Shown here: piece by piece, positions 1-12,442 of the stretch
Position numbering within the stretch: the stretch's first letter is position 1
Layout: the number at the start of each line of letters is the position of its first letter
Source: Phaeosaccion multiseriatum
Taxonomy: Eukaryota; Protista; Ochrophyta, other classes
Assembly (NCBI GenBank): GCA_965112735.1
Contig: OZ218953.1
Coordinates: 1,612,001 to 1,676,000, forward strand
Direction: 5' to 3'
DNA: 64,000 nt
The notes under the pieces: generated by a model
Told to the model about the DNA's origin: nothing
What the model saw: the letters and a program-made list of their open reading frames with translations, nothing else
Database searches by the model: none
Program-made: the position numbers and the translations under genes

Positions 1-714
1 GGCTGCGGCTGGGGCTGTGGGAGATCCTTCAGTGCGCGAGGCCCTTCGCAGAGCTCATCCGCTTCTACATGCGGAGGGAGCGTCAGAGCATCCGTCTGAA
101 GAACAACACGTTGAGGTCGGGTTAGAGGGTTTCGCGCGCAACTCGGCCTCGGTGAGAGGCAGCGGGACAAAAAGCGCGTTCTTAGCTGGGCTCGGATCAT
201 ATAGGGAGGATGTGTGAGAAAATCCAGGCTCCTGAGGGGGGCGTGGCAGAAGAACCCCGCAACCCCCCACAGATCAGACGGAGTAGAATGAGAAGGGGAG
301 GTCTGTATGAGAGAGAGAGAGAGGTGAGAGAGAGAGAGAGAGAGAGAGAGATCTCACAGCTTCCCTCAGGCATACCTCGTCGAATCCCTCTGCCATGTCT
401 GCTTTGGTCCTCTTTATGTCCAGCTCTGCATCGTTCACGCTGAAGCCTGTGTCCCCGCTCGGAGCCTCGGCAATGGACATGGTACGAGACTCCTTTTTCT
501 CAATCCTCCCTTCTCCTGCGACTGCGACTGTGGCTGGCGCAGTCGCAGCTCCCCCCCCCCCCTCTACCTCCTCTGCCTTCCCCAAAGCACAGACGTAGCG
601 CAGCAGGGTACCGAACCAGGAAAGCCGACAGCGACGACAAGAAGAAGTTCGGGTGAATTTCAGTTTCATGGCCGGGTGTAACGTCGCATTCCCCCTACTT
701 AGAGAGAGGGCTAG

Positions 715-3700
715 ATGGATAAGACGGAAGCGTGGCTCGTCATTGTGGGAATCTTTCTAACGCTGGTTTTGTGTAGCGTGCTGCGGGTGAGGCCTCGGCG
801 GGCGAGGATGTACACGCCTGCAGAGATCGACGAACTCCGCATCAGAAGGGAAGCTGAGCGAGAAGTAAGGTGTACGGTGGGGTTGTTCGTGGACAAAGAT
901 CCGCGCTTTCCTCCTCACCCTCATCCGCCCCACGTTCTTCTCCCACCGCTTCTGTATGCCACCCAGGCCATCATTGACGAGCGCATCGCCAAGCTGCAAA
1001 GCAGGAAGCGTCTCCACGCTCACAACCGCTTCCTCCTGTCGGCGAGGAAGGATACATCGCTGCTATTGGAGGCCGGAGAAGACGAGTGGGACGCACGAGG
1101 GCGGCAGCTTGTGAGTAGTAGAGTGACGGCCCTCCAGGTGACTGCTTCTGCTGTCCTTCTCCCGTCCTTCCTAACTTGTCTCTCCCCCTCTACCCCTTTG
1201 TTGGACGTACATCAATGCCTTTTGGGTTCCTCCCTCGCCCCACCCTCTCTCGCCGCCGCCCAGTATGGAAACGTGTGGGACGAGGCCGAAGACGGCAACG
1301 TGCCCCTGAAGGAAATCTTCCAGCTGCCAGAGGATGAGCTCCGCTACATTCAAATAGAAGCCGCCAATCGCATCCACCTGGAGACCGAAAGGCGGCGCAA
1401 GCAGGAGCTCTTGGAGAGGGAAGAAGACGAGGACGACGAAAGCAGAGCGCTTCTACACCCGTCGTCTGCGGTCTTGGTACAAGCCCCTGGCCTGTCCCAT
1501 CCGAAGCCCCCCCCCCTTCCCCGGCCGCCCTCTCTGGCTCTTGGGGCGCCAGGCTCAGGCTCAGCGCTTCCGCCTGGACCGCTGGGGACGGCGAGGGCGG
1601 ATCGGGAGGGACGTAGCAAGCCAGCCATCGACGCTCCATTCGACGACCCACGCTTCGTACGGGCCAGGGGGAAGAAGGTGGGAAGCGTTTACGCGGGCTG
1701 GTCTGGTATTTGGGAGACCGTCGGCTTGACACAATCGGTGCTTTGCGTTTTATTCCTTCCGCGTAGGAGACAAGGTTGGAGAGGAGGAGGAGGACCGTCC
1801 TCCTGGCCGCAGGCGACGCTCCCTCCGATCCCCGCTTCTATTCTCAGCTGCCGCAGCAGCAGCGGCCTACCGACAGAGGGACGGGGGCGGGGGGCGACGG
1901 AGCAGAAGCCCACCTGCCGACAGGCGATGAGGGTGTGAACAGTGACCACAGGGGGACGGAGGGAAGCTCCTCAGACGGGGAGTACTGGGTCTGAGCGTCT
2001 TCGGGCACTTGGTGCGTGGGCCGACTGTGCCAACGAAGAAGTGAGCGAGATGCAATGGTCGCGCTCGGTGGTGGGTCATCGGGCAGTCCTTGAGCTGGTA
2101 AGTAAGTCATGATGCACGGGTGGAGGAGAACCTTGCTCTCGGTCTCCTTCACATGAAATACGTAGCGTAATGCTTTGGCGGGGTGTTGACCAGCTCACTG
2201 CCCCCCCCCCCTGATGTGCCGTCCCTCGCGGAGCTCCGGCAGGGCGTATCACCGTCTCTCTACAAGTCCGTCTACCCCCCATCCCCCTCTCTTGCCTTCG
2301 ACACTGTCATTGATGCTTTTATCTCTCGAACTGTCGCCCCTGTCACCAGGCCTTTCCGCCCCTCTTCCATCCTATAGCTCAGGATGCTCTACCCACCGCC
2401 CCACCCCGGCCACGCCCCGCACGCGCAACCCCTCTCTCTCCACCCCCCCGGCCCCTCACCCCGCCCCGCCCCGCCTCCCCCCCACTGCACTCGACTCGCC
2501 CCCGTCTCTCCCCTCTGCAGACGACCGTGAGCCGCTCCGTGTCGCTCCTTGAGGTTCAGCTCGGAGCCAATCTGCGGCTCTCACGCGAGCTCTACCCACT
2601 GCAGATGGACAACGTACGGATCGGCCTGCAATGGCTCCTAGACCACAGACACCGCCTGTTGACGGAGAAGAAACTCATGGAGACAACGTTCGAGGAGGAG
2701 CACAGAAGGCAGCTCACGGTCAGCGCCAAGGTGCCCACAGCGCGTCTCACCAAGTTCCAGGAGGAGTGACGCAGGGAGGTGGCGCAGCTTATGGAGGATG
2801 AGTGGGCGGAAACCGAGCACTTTTTGAGCGAGTGTAAGGCCCGCCTCAATCGAAGAGCGCTCGTTGCTCCTCGCCGCGAGGTTCCAGGGGGGTGGTGGTG
2901 GTGGAGAAGGAGGATCAGGAAGAGGAGACGGCGCGCAAGAGAGCGAGGCAACTGCCTCCGAGCAGCAGCAGAAGAGCGGGGCGGCAGCAGCGGCGGGGTC
3001 GGAGGGGACACCCCCGACGACGCAGCGAAAGAAGAGGTTCAGCACTCAGATGCAGCCCGTCGGAGGTGCTGCTCGCAGGCTCAGCTCGCAGATCATGAGC
3101 GAGGTGTCGGGTGCCATCGGAGCCGTCGGAGGGGCCCTCAATGCCACCAAGGCGGGCATAACGGTGGCTCTGCAGACGGCCACAGGGCACAAGAAGGCCC
3201 TCACTGTGGAGCAGGCCCGAGCGGCGGCCACCAAATCGCTTCTCACGGACTTTGCCGACGACAAGCTGCCCAAGGTGCTGGACCGCTGGCATGCGAGGAC
3301 CGCAGACGGGCTCAACGACATGGAGACGAGCTCGCAGAGGCAGGCAGCAGCCTTCATCGCGGACTTCCGCGCAACACACAAGGCGCTGCGGGAGGTGTGT
3401 GGATGGCAGTGCATGGCAGCGGGGTTCGGGACTCTTGCATTGGTCGATGTGTGTGTGTGTGTGTGTGTTTGCATACATTTCGCTCACACCTAGACGCGGC
3501 TCTAACTTCTGGCCCTGACCATCTTCCTCTTTCTCTCGCTCCTTGCATCTTTCTTTCCTCACTCTCTCCCCTATTCTCTCGCTCTCCCCTCCTCTTTCTC
3601 GCGCACTCGCTCATCGGAGCAGGCGGAAGAGGATCGCTTCAATACGGAAGCTCGAACCGCGGAAGCCGAAACCGACGCGCGGCCGCTGCTCACACTCCTG

Positions 3701-4280
3701 GAGGACGCGAGGAAGCGCGAGGAGCAAGAACAAACCCCCTGTGCGCCATCATCCGCGGCTTCTACTGCCAGTTCTACAGAGACTCCTACTGAGACTGCTA
3801 CTGCTATTACTACCTCCACCATAGCTACTACGGCTACTGCTGCTAGTGCAAGCGCCATCACTACAGCCACTGGCAGCGATGAAGATGGATGGGATGTCGT
3901 GCGGGGCGCTGCCGAGGAGCGTCTGCGCGTGTGCCAGGCCCGACAGGAGGACACGTGGAGTGCTCTGCGGGAAGGCATGACTCGAGGCAAGAAGCAGCTC
4001 AGGGACGCCAGCAAGGAGCAAGAGAAGAAGGTGAGAGAGATCTAAGAGAGAGCAGGCAAAGAACCAAAGCACAGCTCAACATGGCAACCAAGCGCTTCGT
4101 TCGCAGGAATGTGGATGGAAAAAGGTGCATAATGGCGTGACCTTCCTTTTCTCCACATCGGCCCGTCTGTGCATGGCTTGGAGCTCTCGTCCTCTTCCTC
4201 TCACCTCACCTCTAAGGCCCCTGTCCTCTCGCGTTGCATGCCCTCTTTGCTTGCCTCGCCCGCTTCTCTACCGCTCCTGC

Positions 4281-4313
<33 letters not shown>

Positions 4314-4857
4314 GCTGCTGCTGCCGTGTGTATGATGGGTCCCGCCTGCCAGCTGATGGATCACTTGAAGGCCCTGGTAGCACCCGTGCGATTGGAGGCG
4401 GAGAAGGAGCAGAGAGACATTCTCGACGCCGCCAGCTCCGCACGTGAGTACATGCGCAGCAACTACAGCAGTTGGTGATACAGCGCTTCTGCCAAACTTG
4501 GTCGAAGTGAACCCCCTTCGTCACACGACCTCTCGGGCCGTTGTCGCGCTTCCCTACCGTAGGACTTGGCAACCGACACGCCCGCATGCTTGCCGACCAT
4601 CGCAGGAGCTTGCTTCAACTGTTCTAGTCCTCCCTCACTCACTCACTCACTAATGATACGCGCTCCCCGCCACACCTCCACACCCCTGCCCTGCCTTGCC
4701 TTACCGTACAGGCGAGACTCTGGCGGGCCGCCTCTCAGCGACGATGGACTCCATCCGTGCGGACCTCCTTGCCATCCGTGAGCTCCAGAAGGAGAAGCGA
4801 GGCAGCACGGCAGCCGATGCGGCCGAGGAGAACACGCTCAGCGTGGTGGACGGCTAA
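715..4857 (+). CDS. Multi-exon hypothetical coiled-coil protein, apparently disrupted (in-frame TGA at 2767-2769 and a frame change near 2890); possibly a pseudogene or assembly errors
   Basis: GT-AG intron 1111-1263 keeps the frame. Later helical E/R/A-rich exons (about 2520-3395, 3623-4030, 4353-4443, 4712-4857) join at canonical splice sites and end ...ENTLSVVDG-TAA. No family motif recognised, and the linkage of the 5' exons to the 3' exons is uncertain. Confidence 0.4.
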
Positions 4858-5105
4858 GGGAGGGGGGGGGAGGGCGCAAACTCATTCATGTGCCCTCCCC
4901 TTTCTCTAGGAAGCAAAACGTGTGAAGTGCTCCAACACTTCGTCTCTTCCATTAATAAAAGAATAGCATTGTATGAGGGAAAGGGGTGGTTTCTTTATAG
5001 GATTAACTTAAGAATGCACAAGTTTCGCCAATATGGAATACAATTCAATGGGGCCATTGGCTCGACCGTCAAGGAAAGGTTTGTGGGCTTCAAGGTGAGC
5101 CCGCT

Positions 5106-5579
5106 TCAGTTACTCCCGCTGCCGCTGCCGCTGCCGCTGCCGCTGCCGCTGTCGCTCGAGGACGAGTACTTCTTGGGGGGAATAACTGGGTCGGAGTAGA
5201 CAGGCTGCCGAGAGAGAAGGACGAGGAGGAGGCGGGTTGGTGTGAGGACAGTGACGAGGAGAATGGAGGCAGGACAAATAACGGGGACAAGGGAGGTCCG
5301 ACTTCACTCCCTTTCCCTCTTACCTTGTGATGGATCACCACGGGATACGGCTAAGTAGAAGGAGCGAGAGGGAGCAAGTGCCAAGAGAGTGGGGTGAGTG
5401 TGTGAAGCAAGAGAATAGATGTGACAAGAGAGCACTTAAGGGTAGAAGCTCACCTTGTAGCGTGTGAACTCGGGGTAATGTCCACCCTTGGTCTTCTTGT
5501 ACTTCGAGGCCCCGTAATAGCCCTTGCCGTATCCGCCCCAGCCACCATAGCCTCTTCCAGATCCGAATCCGCTGCCTGA

Positions 5580-5617
<38 letters not shown>

Positions 5618-6426
5618 TGGACTTTCCTCCGTACCACTTGTGGTGATAGACTGGGTAGTGGACTGTCTTGAGGAAGTAGGGGGCATGCTGGTGAACTACG
5701 CCCGGCCCCTTCCCGCCAAGCTGTCGGCGCCCGGAGCCGCTGCCGCTCGAGGAGGAGTACTTCTTGGGGGGGATGACAGGGTCGGAGTAGACAGGCTGAC
5801 GAGAGAGAGTGGACGAGGCGGGTGCGAGTTGATGTGAGTGCGAGGAGAGTGATGAGGGACAATGGAGGCAGGACAATAACGAGGGCAATGGAGGTCCGAC
5901 GTCACTCCCTCTCCCTCTCTTACCTTGTGATGGATCACCACGGGATACGGCTAAGCAGAAGAAGCGTTGAGCGAGAGGGATCACGGAAGCAAGTGACACA
6001 GAGAGTGAGGCGAGTGAGTGACGTAAGAGAACAGAGGAGCATTATAGGGTAGAAGCTCACCTTGTAGCGTGTGAACTCGGGGTAATGTCCACCCTTGGTC
6101 TTCTTGTACTTCGAGGCCCCGTAGTAGCCCCTGCCGTATCCGCCCCAGCCACCATAGCCTCCGCGGCTCCCAGATCCGGATCCGCTGCCTGACGCAGAGC
6201 CAGAGCCAGAGCCAGAGCCAGAGCTGGACTTGCCTCCGTACCACTTATGGTGATAGACAGGGTAGTGGACTGTCTTGAGGAAGTAGGGGGCGTGCTGGTG
6301 AACGACGCCCGGCCCGCCGTATTTGCCGCCCAGCTTACGGGGGACGAGCTTCTGCTCCTCCTGCGCCTCCCCGGCGCAGAGGCCCACGAGGGCCAGGATG
6401 GTGGTGGTGAAGGCAGCGAGCTTCAT
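5106..6426 (-). CDS. Secreted Gly/Ser/Tyr/His/Lys-rich RXL polyprotein, gene A copy 1 (silaffin/cingulin-like architecture), 286 aa, 5 exons
   Basis: Exons 6426-6061, 5950-5924, 5795-5454, 5350-5324 and 5204-5106, all joined by phase-0 GT-AG introns. Signal peptide MKLAAFTTTILALVGLCAG, acidic EAQEEQ, then two repeats starting after RKL and RRQL: GGK..VVHQHAPYFLKTVHYPVYHHKWYGGK(SG)n..GGYGGWGGYG.GYYGASKYKKTKGGHYPEFTRYK-PYPVVIHHK-PVYSDPVIPPKKYSSSS. Confidence 0.85.
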
Positions 6427-8194
6427 GGCTAGATGAAAGTTGTGAGCGTGGGCTCTCCCTCCCAGGCGTGTCATAGAACCATGCCCTTGACATGCAAAAA
6501 TGAGCTCCTGGAAATGAAGCCCGTTTTGATCACTATTCAACACTCTCCCTTCTTATACTTCGTTGAAGGCGAGAGAACACTTTGGCCTTTCCCCACGTCA
6601 TTGGCCCTTTTCTTCGTTGGAGCAGGAGCCGCCACAGTCCCCACCCCTCTTCACCGGCTCACTTGCTGAAGTAGCGTCTGCAGTGGACGACGAAAATCCA
6701 AACGAGCTCAGGCCTTGTAGCGAGAAAGTACAAGCATGCCTGCCACTAGGTTGGAGGTCATCACTCGAACAGGAGCGGCACCGAGGCTGAGCGAGAGCCA
6801 AGGGGATCGTCAAGAAGCGCTTGGGGCGGGCGGGCTGGGTAGACGCATGGTACCACGAGAGGAGGAGTTCGGCAGACGGCATGGCCTACCAATCGAGCTT
6901 TCTGTTGGCACGAGGGACGTAGAGCAGCCGAGTGGGAAATGCGGAGAGCGGTGCCATCTCTCTATATACGGCTTAATGGCGTTCTTCCACTTGTGGTAAA
7001 ATGTCAATGCAAGACCGACCAAGACATCGCGACGCGAGCTGCTCCTCCTGTGTCCTGCTCTTTCGTCAGACATGCCGCCGCCTGAGGCGGACTTTCCAGC
7101 CCTACCGGGGGCGATCAACGGCAGTCTCGGCTTCAATACTTGTATACTCGCGCGAAGTGCCAGTTTTGGGTCTGTGCATTGGTGCTCTCCCCCATCCCCT
7201 CAAAACAGCAGGCTACTATTCCTGCTGCACAGATGGCGAAGTTGAGGAAGAAGGTCCCCCGTCCCGACCCTTGTGCGTGCGTCTGACGGAAGGTCGAGTC
7301 TCTGCTGCTGATGCAGACTGTTGCAGACTCTTGCAGGTCCAAGCGCCCCAACGCGAGTCAGCGCCTTGCCCACACACACCTTGCCCACACACGCCCTGCC
7401 CACAGCAGCTTGTGCCTCGCATCCCCGCGACAGCGCTATGCCGGTGATCCCTTAGAGCAGGAGATGCAACACATGTCCAAGCCCGCCTTTCCCAGCAAGG
7501 GGCAGAGCGACTCGACAGAGGGTCATGCCGATATGCCTCTGCGCCTGCTCACGAAGACCTGCCGCATGTGCCTTCTGTGTGGCCCCAAAGAGGCGATCTC
7601 TCTTCCGAAACCATACTGGAAGTGGCTTCTGCAGTGCGCGAAGCCACCTTCGAGGCGAAGTGTGCGATAGACGACTCGCACTAAGAAGCGAGCGAGTGTT
7701 GCGTGCAGTCAAGGTGCCGGCAAAAGCTCGAGAGCGAACGTCCAAAACGTCCAACAGCTCTTATCGGGAAACAATGAAGTACCTTCGTTGCTGCAAGGAA
7801 TTGCTCGCCCCACTCTCGTCCTGCGCAAAGATCCTCCTCTCCATGGGGGATGTTCGCCATAGTGCACACTTTCCCCCCTGCAGTGGCACGCCCGCGGTTG
7901 ACAAGCTTCCTCCGCTTCCTAAGCTGCTACTGCAGCCTGTGGTATGGATGTTCTCTCTATTGCCATTGTAATGACGAAGGGGAGGTGCGCAAGGAGAGCG
8001 ATGCTCGCGGAGAGAGCAGATACCGGGAGGGAAAGTGGGCGTGGAAGAGGCCCAATCTGGAGCAGCAAAAAGGGTTCCTTGGAAATGTGCTCTGGTAAAT
8101 GGCGCTTGACACCTCGCCACACAAGCCCCCTCTCTCTGCTCACAAACACTCTTCCCCTGCAAGCAGCCACACCCAAAACCAACCCACACTCAAG

Positions 8195-8949
8195 ATGAAG
8201 GTTCTCCAAGTGCTCATGGCCCTCGCAGCCGCCCTCGCTCTTGCCACCAGCGCCAGCGTGCCCATTACGGACGCCGCCACTGCGGAAGAGACCAACCAAC
8301 GCGAGCTGTAAGTAGTCCTCAAGGCGCGTCGTTTCCCCTTTTTTGCGTCGCTTAGAACCGTGCCGCTCCTCCTTTCATTGCTGTTGGCCTCGATTCTCAC
8401 GTTGAGTGCGTCCCTCGCCTTTCGTCCCGTGTCTCATGCTGCACTCGTAGTCACTATGGACGCAGCTCATCGGGCTCCAAGTCTTACGGCAGGGGCTGGG
8501 GCCGCGGCTACGGCAGGGGCTGGGGCCACGGCTACGGCAGGGGCTGGGGTTCCTCGCTCTCCTCCTCGGGCTCCAAGTCTTCCTTGGGTGGACGCTTCTA
8601 TGGCAGGGGCTGGGGCCACGGCTACGGCAGGGGCTGGGGCTCCTCGCTCTCCGCCTCGGGATCCAAGTCTTCTTCAGGATCCAAGTCCTCGGGTAGTGGA
8701 CACTTCTACGGCAGGGGCTGGGGCTACTCGGGTTCCTCGCTCTCCTCCTCGGGCTCCAAGTCTTCCTCGGGTAGCTCGGGCTCCTCCTCCTCCAAGTCTT
8801 CATCCTCCAAGTCTTCCTCGGGATCCTCCTCCTCCAAGTCTTCCTCGGGTAGCTCAGGCTCCTCCTCGGGCTCCAAATCTTCCTCGGGTAGCTCATCCTC
8901 CAAGTCTTCCTCGGGTAGCTCGGGTTCCTCCTCCAAGGGTGCATGGTAA
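8195..8949 (+). CDS. Secreted Ser/Gly/Lys-rich protein with YGRGWG repeats, gene B copy 1 (silaffin/cingulin-like architecture), 198 aa, 2 exons
   Basis: Exon 1 8195-8307 (MKVLQVLMALAAALALATSASVPITDAATAEETNQRE-L), phase-2 GTAAGT...CAG intron 8308-8465, exon 2 8466-8949 (SSGSKSYGRGWGRGYGRGWGHG...SSSSKSSSGSSGSSSKGAW). No acidic residue follows the REL motif. Confidence 0.85.
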
Positions 8950-9416
8950 AGAAACCAGGACAGGACTACGAGTAAGCGAACAGCACATGCACCTCGCGTA
9001 ACAATTTAATGAAACGATTCAAGCCACGCTTCTTCTGCCCCCCTTCGCAGCCTTGTCATAAAAACTCTGCGATGCACTCTGCGATGCACCTCCGTCCTTT
9101 CGCGTCGTTTGCGATGCTCTCGCAGTTTGAGATGCACCTTCTCGCTTGCTTCGCGTCAAGCAGCAGCGGTTACTCTCCCTACGTACGCCCCCGCTCTCCA
9201 TTCTCTTAGCAACCAAACCCTTGAGCTTCTCAGGAAGTCATGGAGTCCTAGACCTTGACGGAAGCAGTTGAGCACGTGTGCATGGAGACTTCGTGGTGTG
9301 TCAAAACTGATTGATTAACTTAAAATGCACAAGTTTCGCCAATATGGAATACAATTCAATGGGGCCATTGGCTCGACCGTCAAGGAAAGGTTTGTGGGCT
9401 TCAAGGTGAGCCGGCT

Positions 9417-10484
9417 TCAGTTACTCCCGCTGCCGCTGCCGCTCGAGGACGAGTACTTCTTGGGGGGAATAACTGGGTCGGAGTAGACAGGCTGCCGAGA
9501 GAGGAGGACGAGGAGGAGGCGGGTTGGTGTGAGGACAGTGACGAGGAGAATGGAGGCAGGACATAACGATTGACTTCACCCCCTCTCCCTCTTACCTTGT
9601 GATGGATCACCACGGGATATGGCTAAGTAGAAGAAGCGTTGAGCGAGAGGGATCACGGGAGCAAGTGACAAGAGAGTGGGGTGAGTGTGTGAAGCAAGAG
9701 AATAGATGTGACAAGAGAGCACTTAAGGGTAGAAGCTCACCTTGTAGCGTGTGAACTCGGGGTAATGTCCACCCTTGGTCTTCTTGTACTTCGAGGCCCC
9801 GTAATAGCCCTTGCCGTATCCGCCCCAGCCACCATAGCCTCTTCCAGATCCGAATCCGCTGCCTGACGCAGAGCCAGAGCCAGAGCCAGAGCCAGAACTG
9901 GACTTTCCTCCGTACCACTTGTGGTGATAGACAGGGTAGTGGACTGTCTTGAGGAAGTAGGGGGCATGCTGGTGAACTACGCCCGGCCCCTTCCCGCCAA
10001 GCTGTCGGCGCCCGGAGCCGCTGCCGCTCGAGGAGGAGTACTTCTTGGGGGGGATGACAGGGTCGGAGTAGACAGGCTGACGAGAGAGAGTGGACGAGGC
10101 GGGTGCGAGTTGATGTGAGTGCGGGGAGGAAAGAGACGAGTGACAATGGAGGCAGGACAATAACGAGGGCAATGGAGGTCCGACGTCACTCCCTCTCCCT
10201 CTCTTACCTTGTGATGGATCACCACGGGATACGGCTAAGCAGAAGAAGCGTTGAGCGAGAGGGATCACGGAAGCAAATGACAAGAGAGTGAGGCGAGTGA
10301 GTGAAGTAAGAGAACAGAGGAGCATTATAGGGTAGAAGCTCACACCTTGTAGCGTGTGAACTCGGGGTAATGTCCACCCTTGGTCTTCTTGTACTTCGAG
10401 GCCCCGTAGTAGCCCCTGCCGTATCCGCCCCAGCCACCATAGCCTCCGCGGCTCCCAGATCCGGATCCGCTGCCTGACGCAGAG

Positions 10485-10527
<43 letters not shown>

Positions 10528-10741
10528 TGGACTTGCCTCCGTACCACTTATGGTGATAGACAGGGTAGTGGACTGTCTTGAGGAAGTAGGGGGCGTGCTG
10601 GTGAACGACGCCCGGCCCGCCGTACTTGCCGCCGTACTTGCCACCCAGCTTACGGGGGACGAGCTTCTGCTCCTCCTGCGCCTCCCCGGCGCAGAGGCCC
10701 ACGAGGGCCAGGATGGTGGTGGCGAAGGCGATGACCTTCAT
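9417..10741 (-). CDS. Secreted Gly/Ser/Tyr/His/Lys-rich RXL polyprotein, gene A copy 2, 286 aa, 5 exons
   Basis: Exons 10741-10346, 10234-10208, 10076-9741, 9622-9596 and 9491-9417. Same layout as 5106-6426, with an extra KYGG and different (SG)n lengths. First donor reads GTGTGAGC. Confidence 0.82.
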
Positions 10742-12442
10742 GGTTAGATGATGGTTAGTGGAGAGGTGTGGTGGTTGTAAGGGGGGGGTGGTCTCTCTCT
10801 TGAGGCCGTGTCATAGAAGCGTGCCCTTGACATGCAAAAAATGAGCTCCTGGAAAGGAACCCTTTTTTATCACTTTTATCACCTTATTTTTGTTCGTTGA
10901 AGGCGAGAGAACTCGTTTGTGCCTTTGCCCGGAGTCGCCCAATGGCCCTTTCTGCGTTGGAGCAGGAGGTCCGTCTGGTAGCTGCTGGATAAGCCGCCGC
11001 CACAGTCCCCACACCTCTTCACCGGCTCACTTGCTGTAGTAGCGTCAGCAGTCGACGACGAAGCCTCGTAGCGAGAAAGCACAAGCATACCTGCTCGCTT
11101 GGATAGGAGCTGAAAAGAGAGAACTTGACGCAGCGACAGCACCGAGGCTGAGCGAGAGCCAAGGGGATCGTCAAGAAGCGCTTGGGGCGGGCGGGCTGGG
11201 TAGACGAATGGTACCACAAGAGGAGGAGTTCGGCAGACGGCATGTCCTGCCAATCGAGCTTTCTGTTGGCACGAGGGACGTAGAGCACACGAGTGGGAAA
11301 TGCGGAGGGCGGTGCCATCTCTCTATACGGCTTAATGGCGCTCTTCCACTTGTGGTAAAATGTCAATGCAAGACCGACCAAGACATCGCGACGCGAGCTG
11401 CTCCTCCTGTGTCATGCTCTTTCGTCAGACATGCCGCCGCCTGAGGTGGACATTCCAGCCCTACGGGGGGCGATCAACTGCAGTCTCGGCTTCAATACAC
11501 TCGCGCAAAGTGCCACTGTGCATTGTTGCTCTCCTCCTCCCCCTCAAAACAGCAGGCTTCTATTCCTGCTGCACAGATGGCGAAGTTGAGGAAGAAGGTC
11601 CCCCGTCCCGACCCTTGTGCGCCTGACGGAAGGTCGAGCCTCTGCTGCTGATGCAGACTCTTGCAGACTCTTGCAGGTCCAAGCGCCCCAACGCGAGTCA
11701 GCGCCTGGCCCACACACACCTTGCCCACACACGCCCTGCCCATAGCAGCTTGTGCCTCGCATCCCCGCGACAGTGCTATGCCGGTGATCCCTCAGAGCAG
11801 GAGGTGCAGGACACATGTCCATGCCCGCCTTTCGCAGCAAGGGGCAGAGCGACTCGACAGAGGGTCATGCCGATATGCCTCTGCGCCTGCTCATGAAGAC
11901 CTGCCGCATGTGCCTTCTGTGTGGCCCCAAAGAGGCGATCTCTCTTCCGAAACCATACTGGAAGTGCTCACTTCTGCAGTGCGCGAAGCCGCCTTCGAGG
12001 CGAAGTGTGCGAAAGACGACGCACACTGAGACAGGCAAGCGACCGAGTCGAGTGTCGCGTGCAGTCAAGGTGCCGGCAAAACCTCGAGAGCGAAAGCCCA
12101 ACAACTCTTGTCGGGAAACTGTGGAGTGACTTGTTTGCTGCAAGGAATTGCTCGCCCCACTCTCGTCCTGCGCAAAGATCCTCCTCTCCATGGGGGATGT
12201 TCGCCATAGTGCACACTTTCCCCCCTGCAGTGGCACTTCCGCGATGGACAAGTTTCCTCTGCTTCCTAAGCTATACTGCTGCATCCTGAATGTTCTCTCT
12301 ATTGCCATTGTACCATGACGAAGATAGGTGCGCAAGGAGAGCGAGGCTCGTGGAGAGAACAGGCTCAGGATACCGGGAGGGGAAGTGGGCGTGGAGGAGG
12401 CCAGCAGCAGCAAAAACGGTTCCCTGGAATGTGCTCGGTAAT

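Noticed and set aside
1-669. Possible minus-strand spliced gene running off the window start
   Set aside because: No recognisable motif and exon joins could not be established.
8480-8930. Short direct repeats with variable spacers (CRISPR-like look)
   Set aside because: Coding repeats in a eukaryotic gene; no constant repeat/unique spacer structure and no cas genes.
8724-8936. Very acidic minus-strand ORF (EEEPELPEEDLE...), superficially silacidin-like, plus ORFs 8375-8944 and 8360-9001
   Set aside because: These are antisense or alternative-frame shadows of the Ser/Lys repeats of gene B. No signal peptide or splice support; the start is not a convincing ATG.
9723-10547. 274-aa ORF with LWLWLW runs
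   Set aside because: Off-frame reading of (SG)n codons that runs through introns of gene A copy 2.
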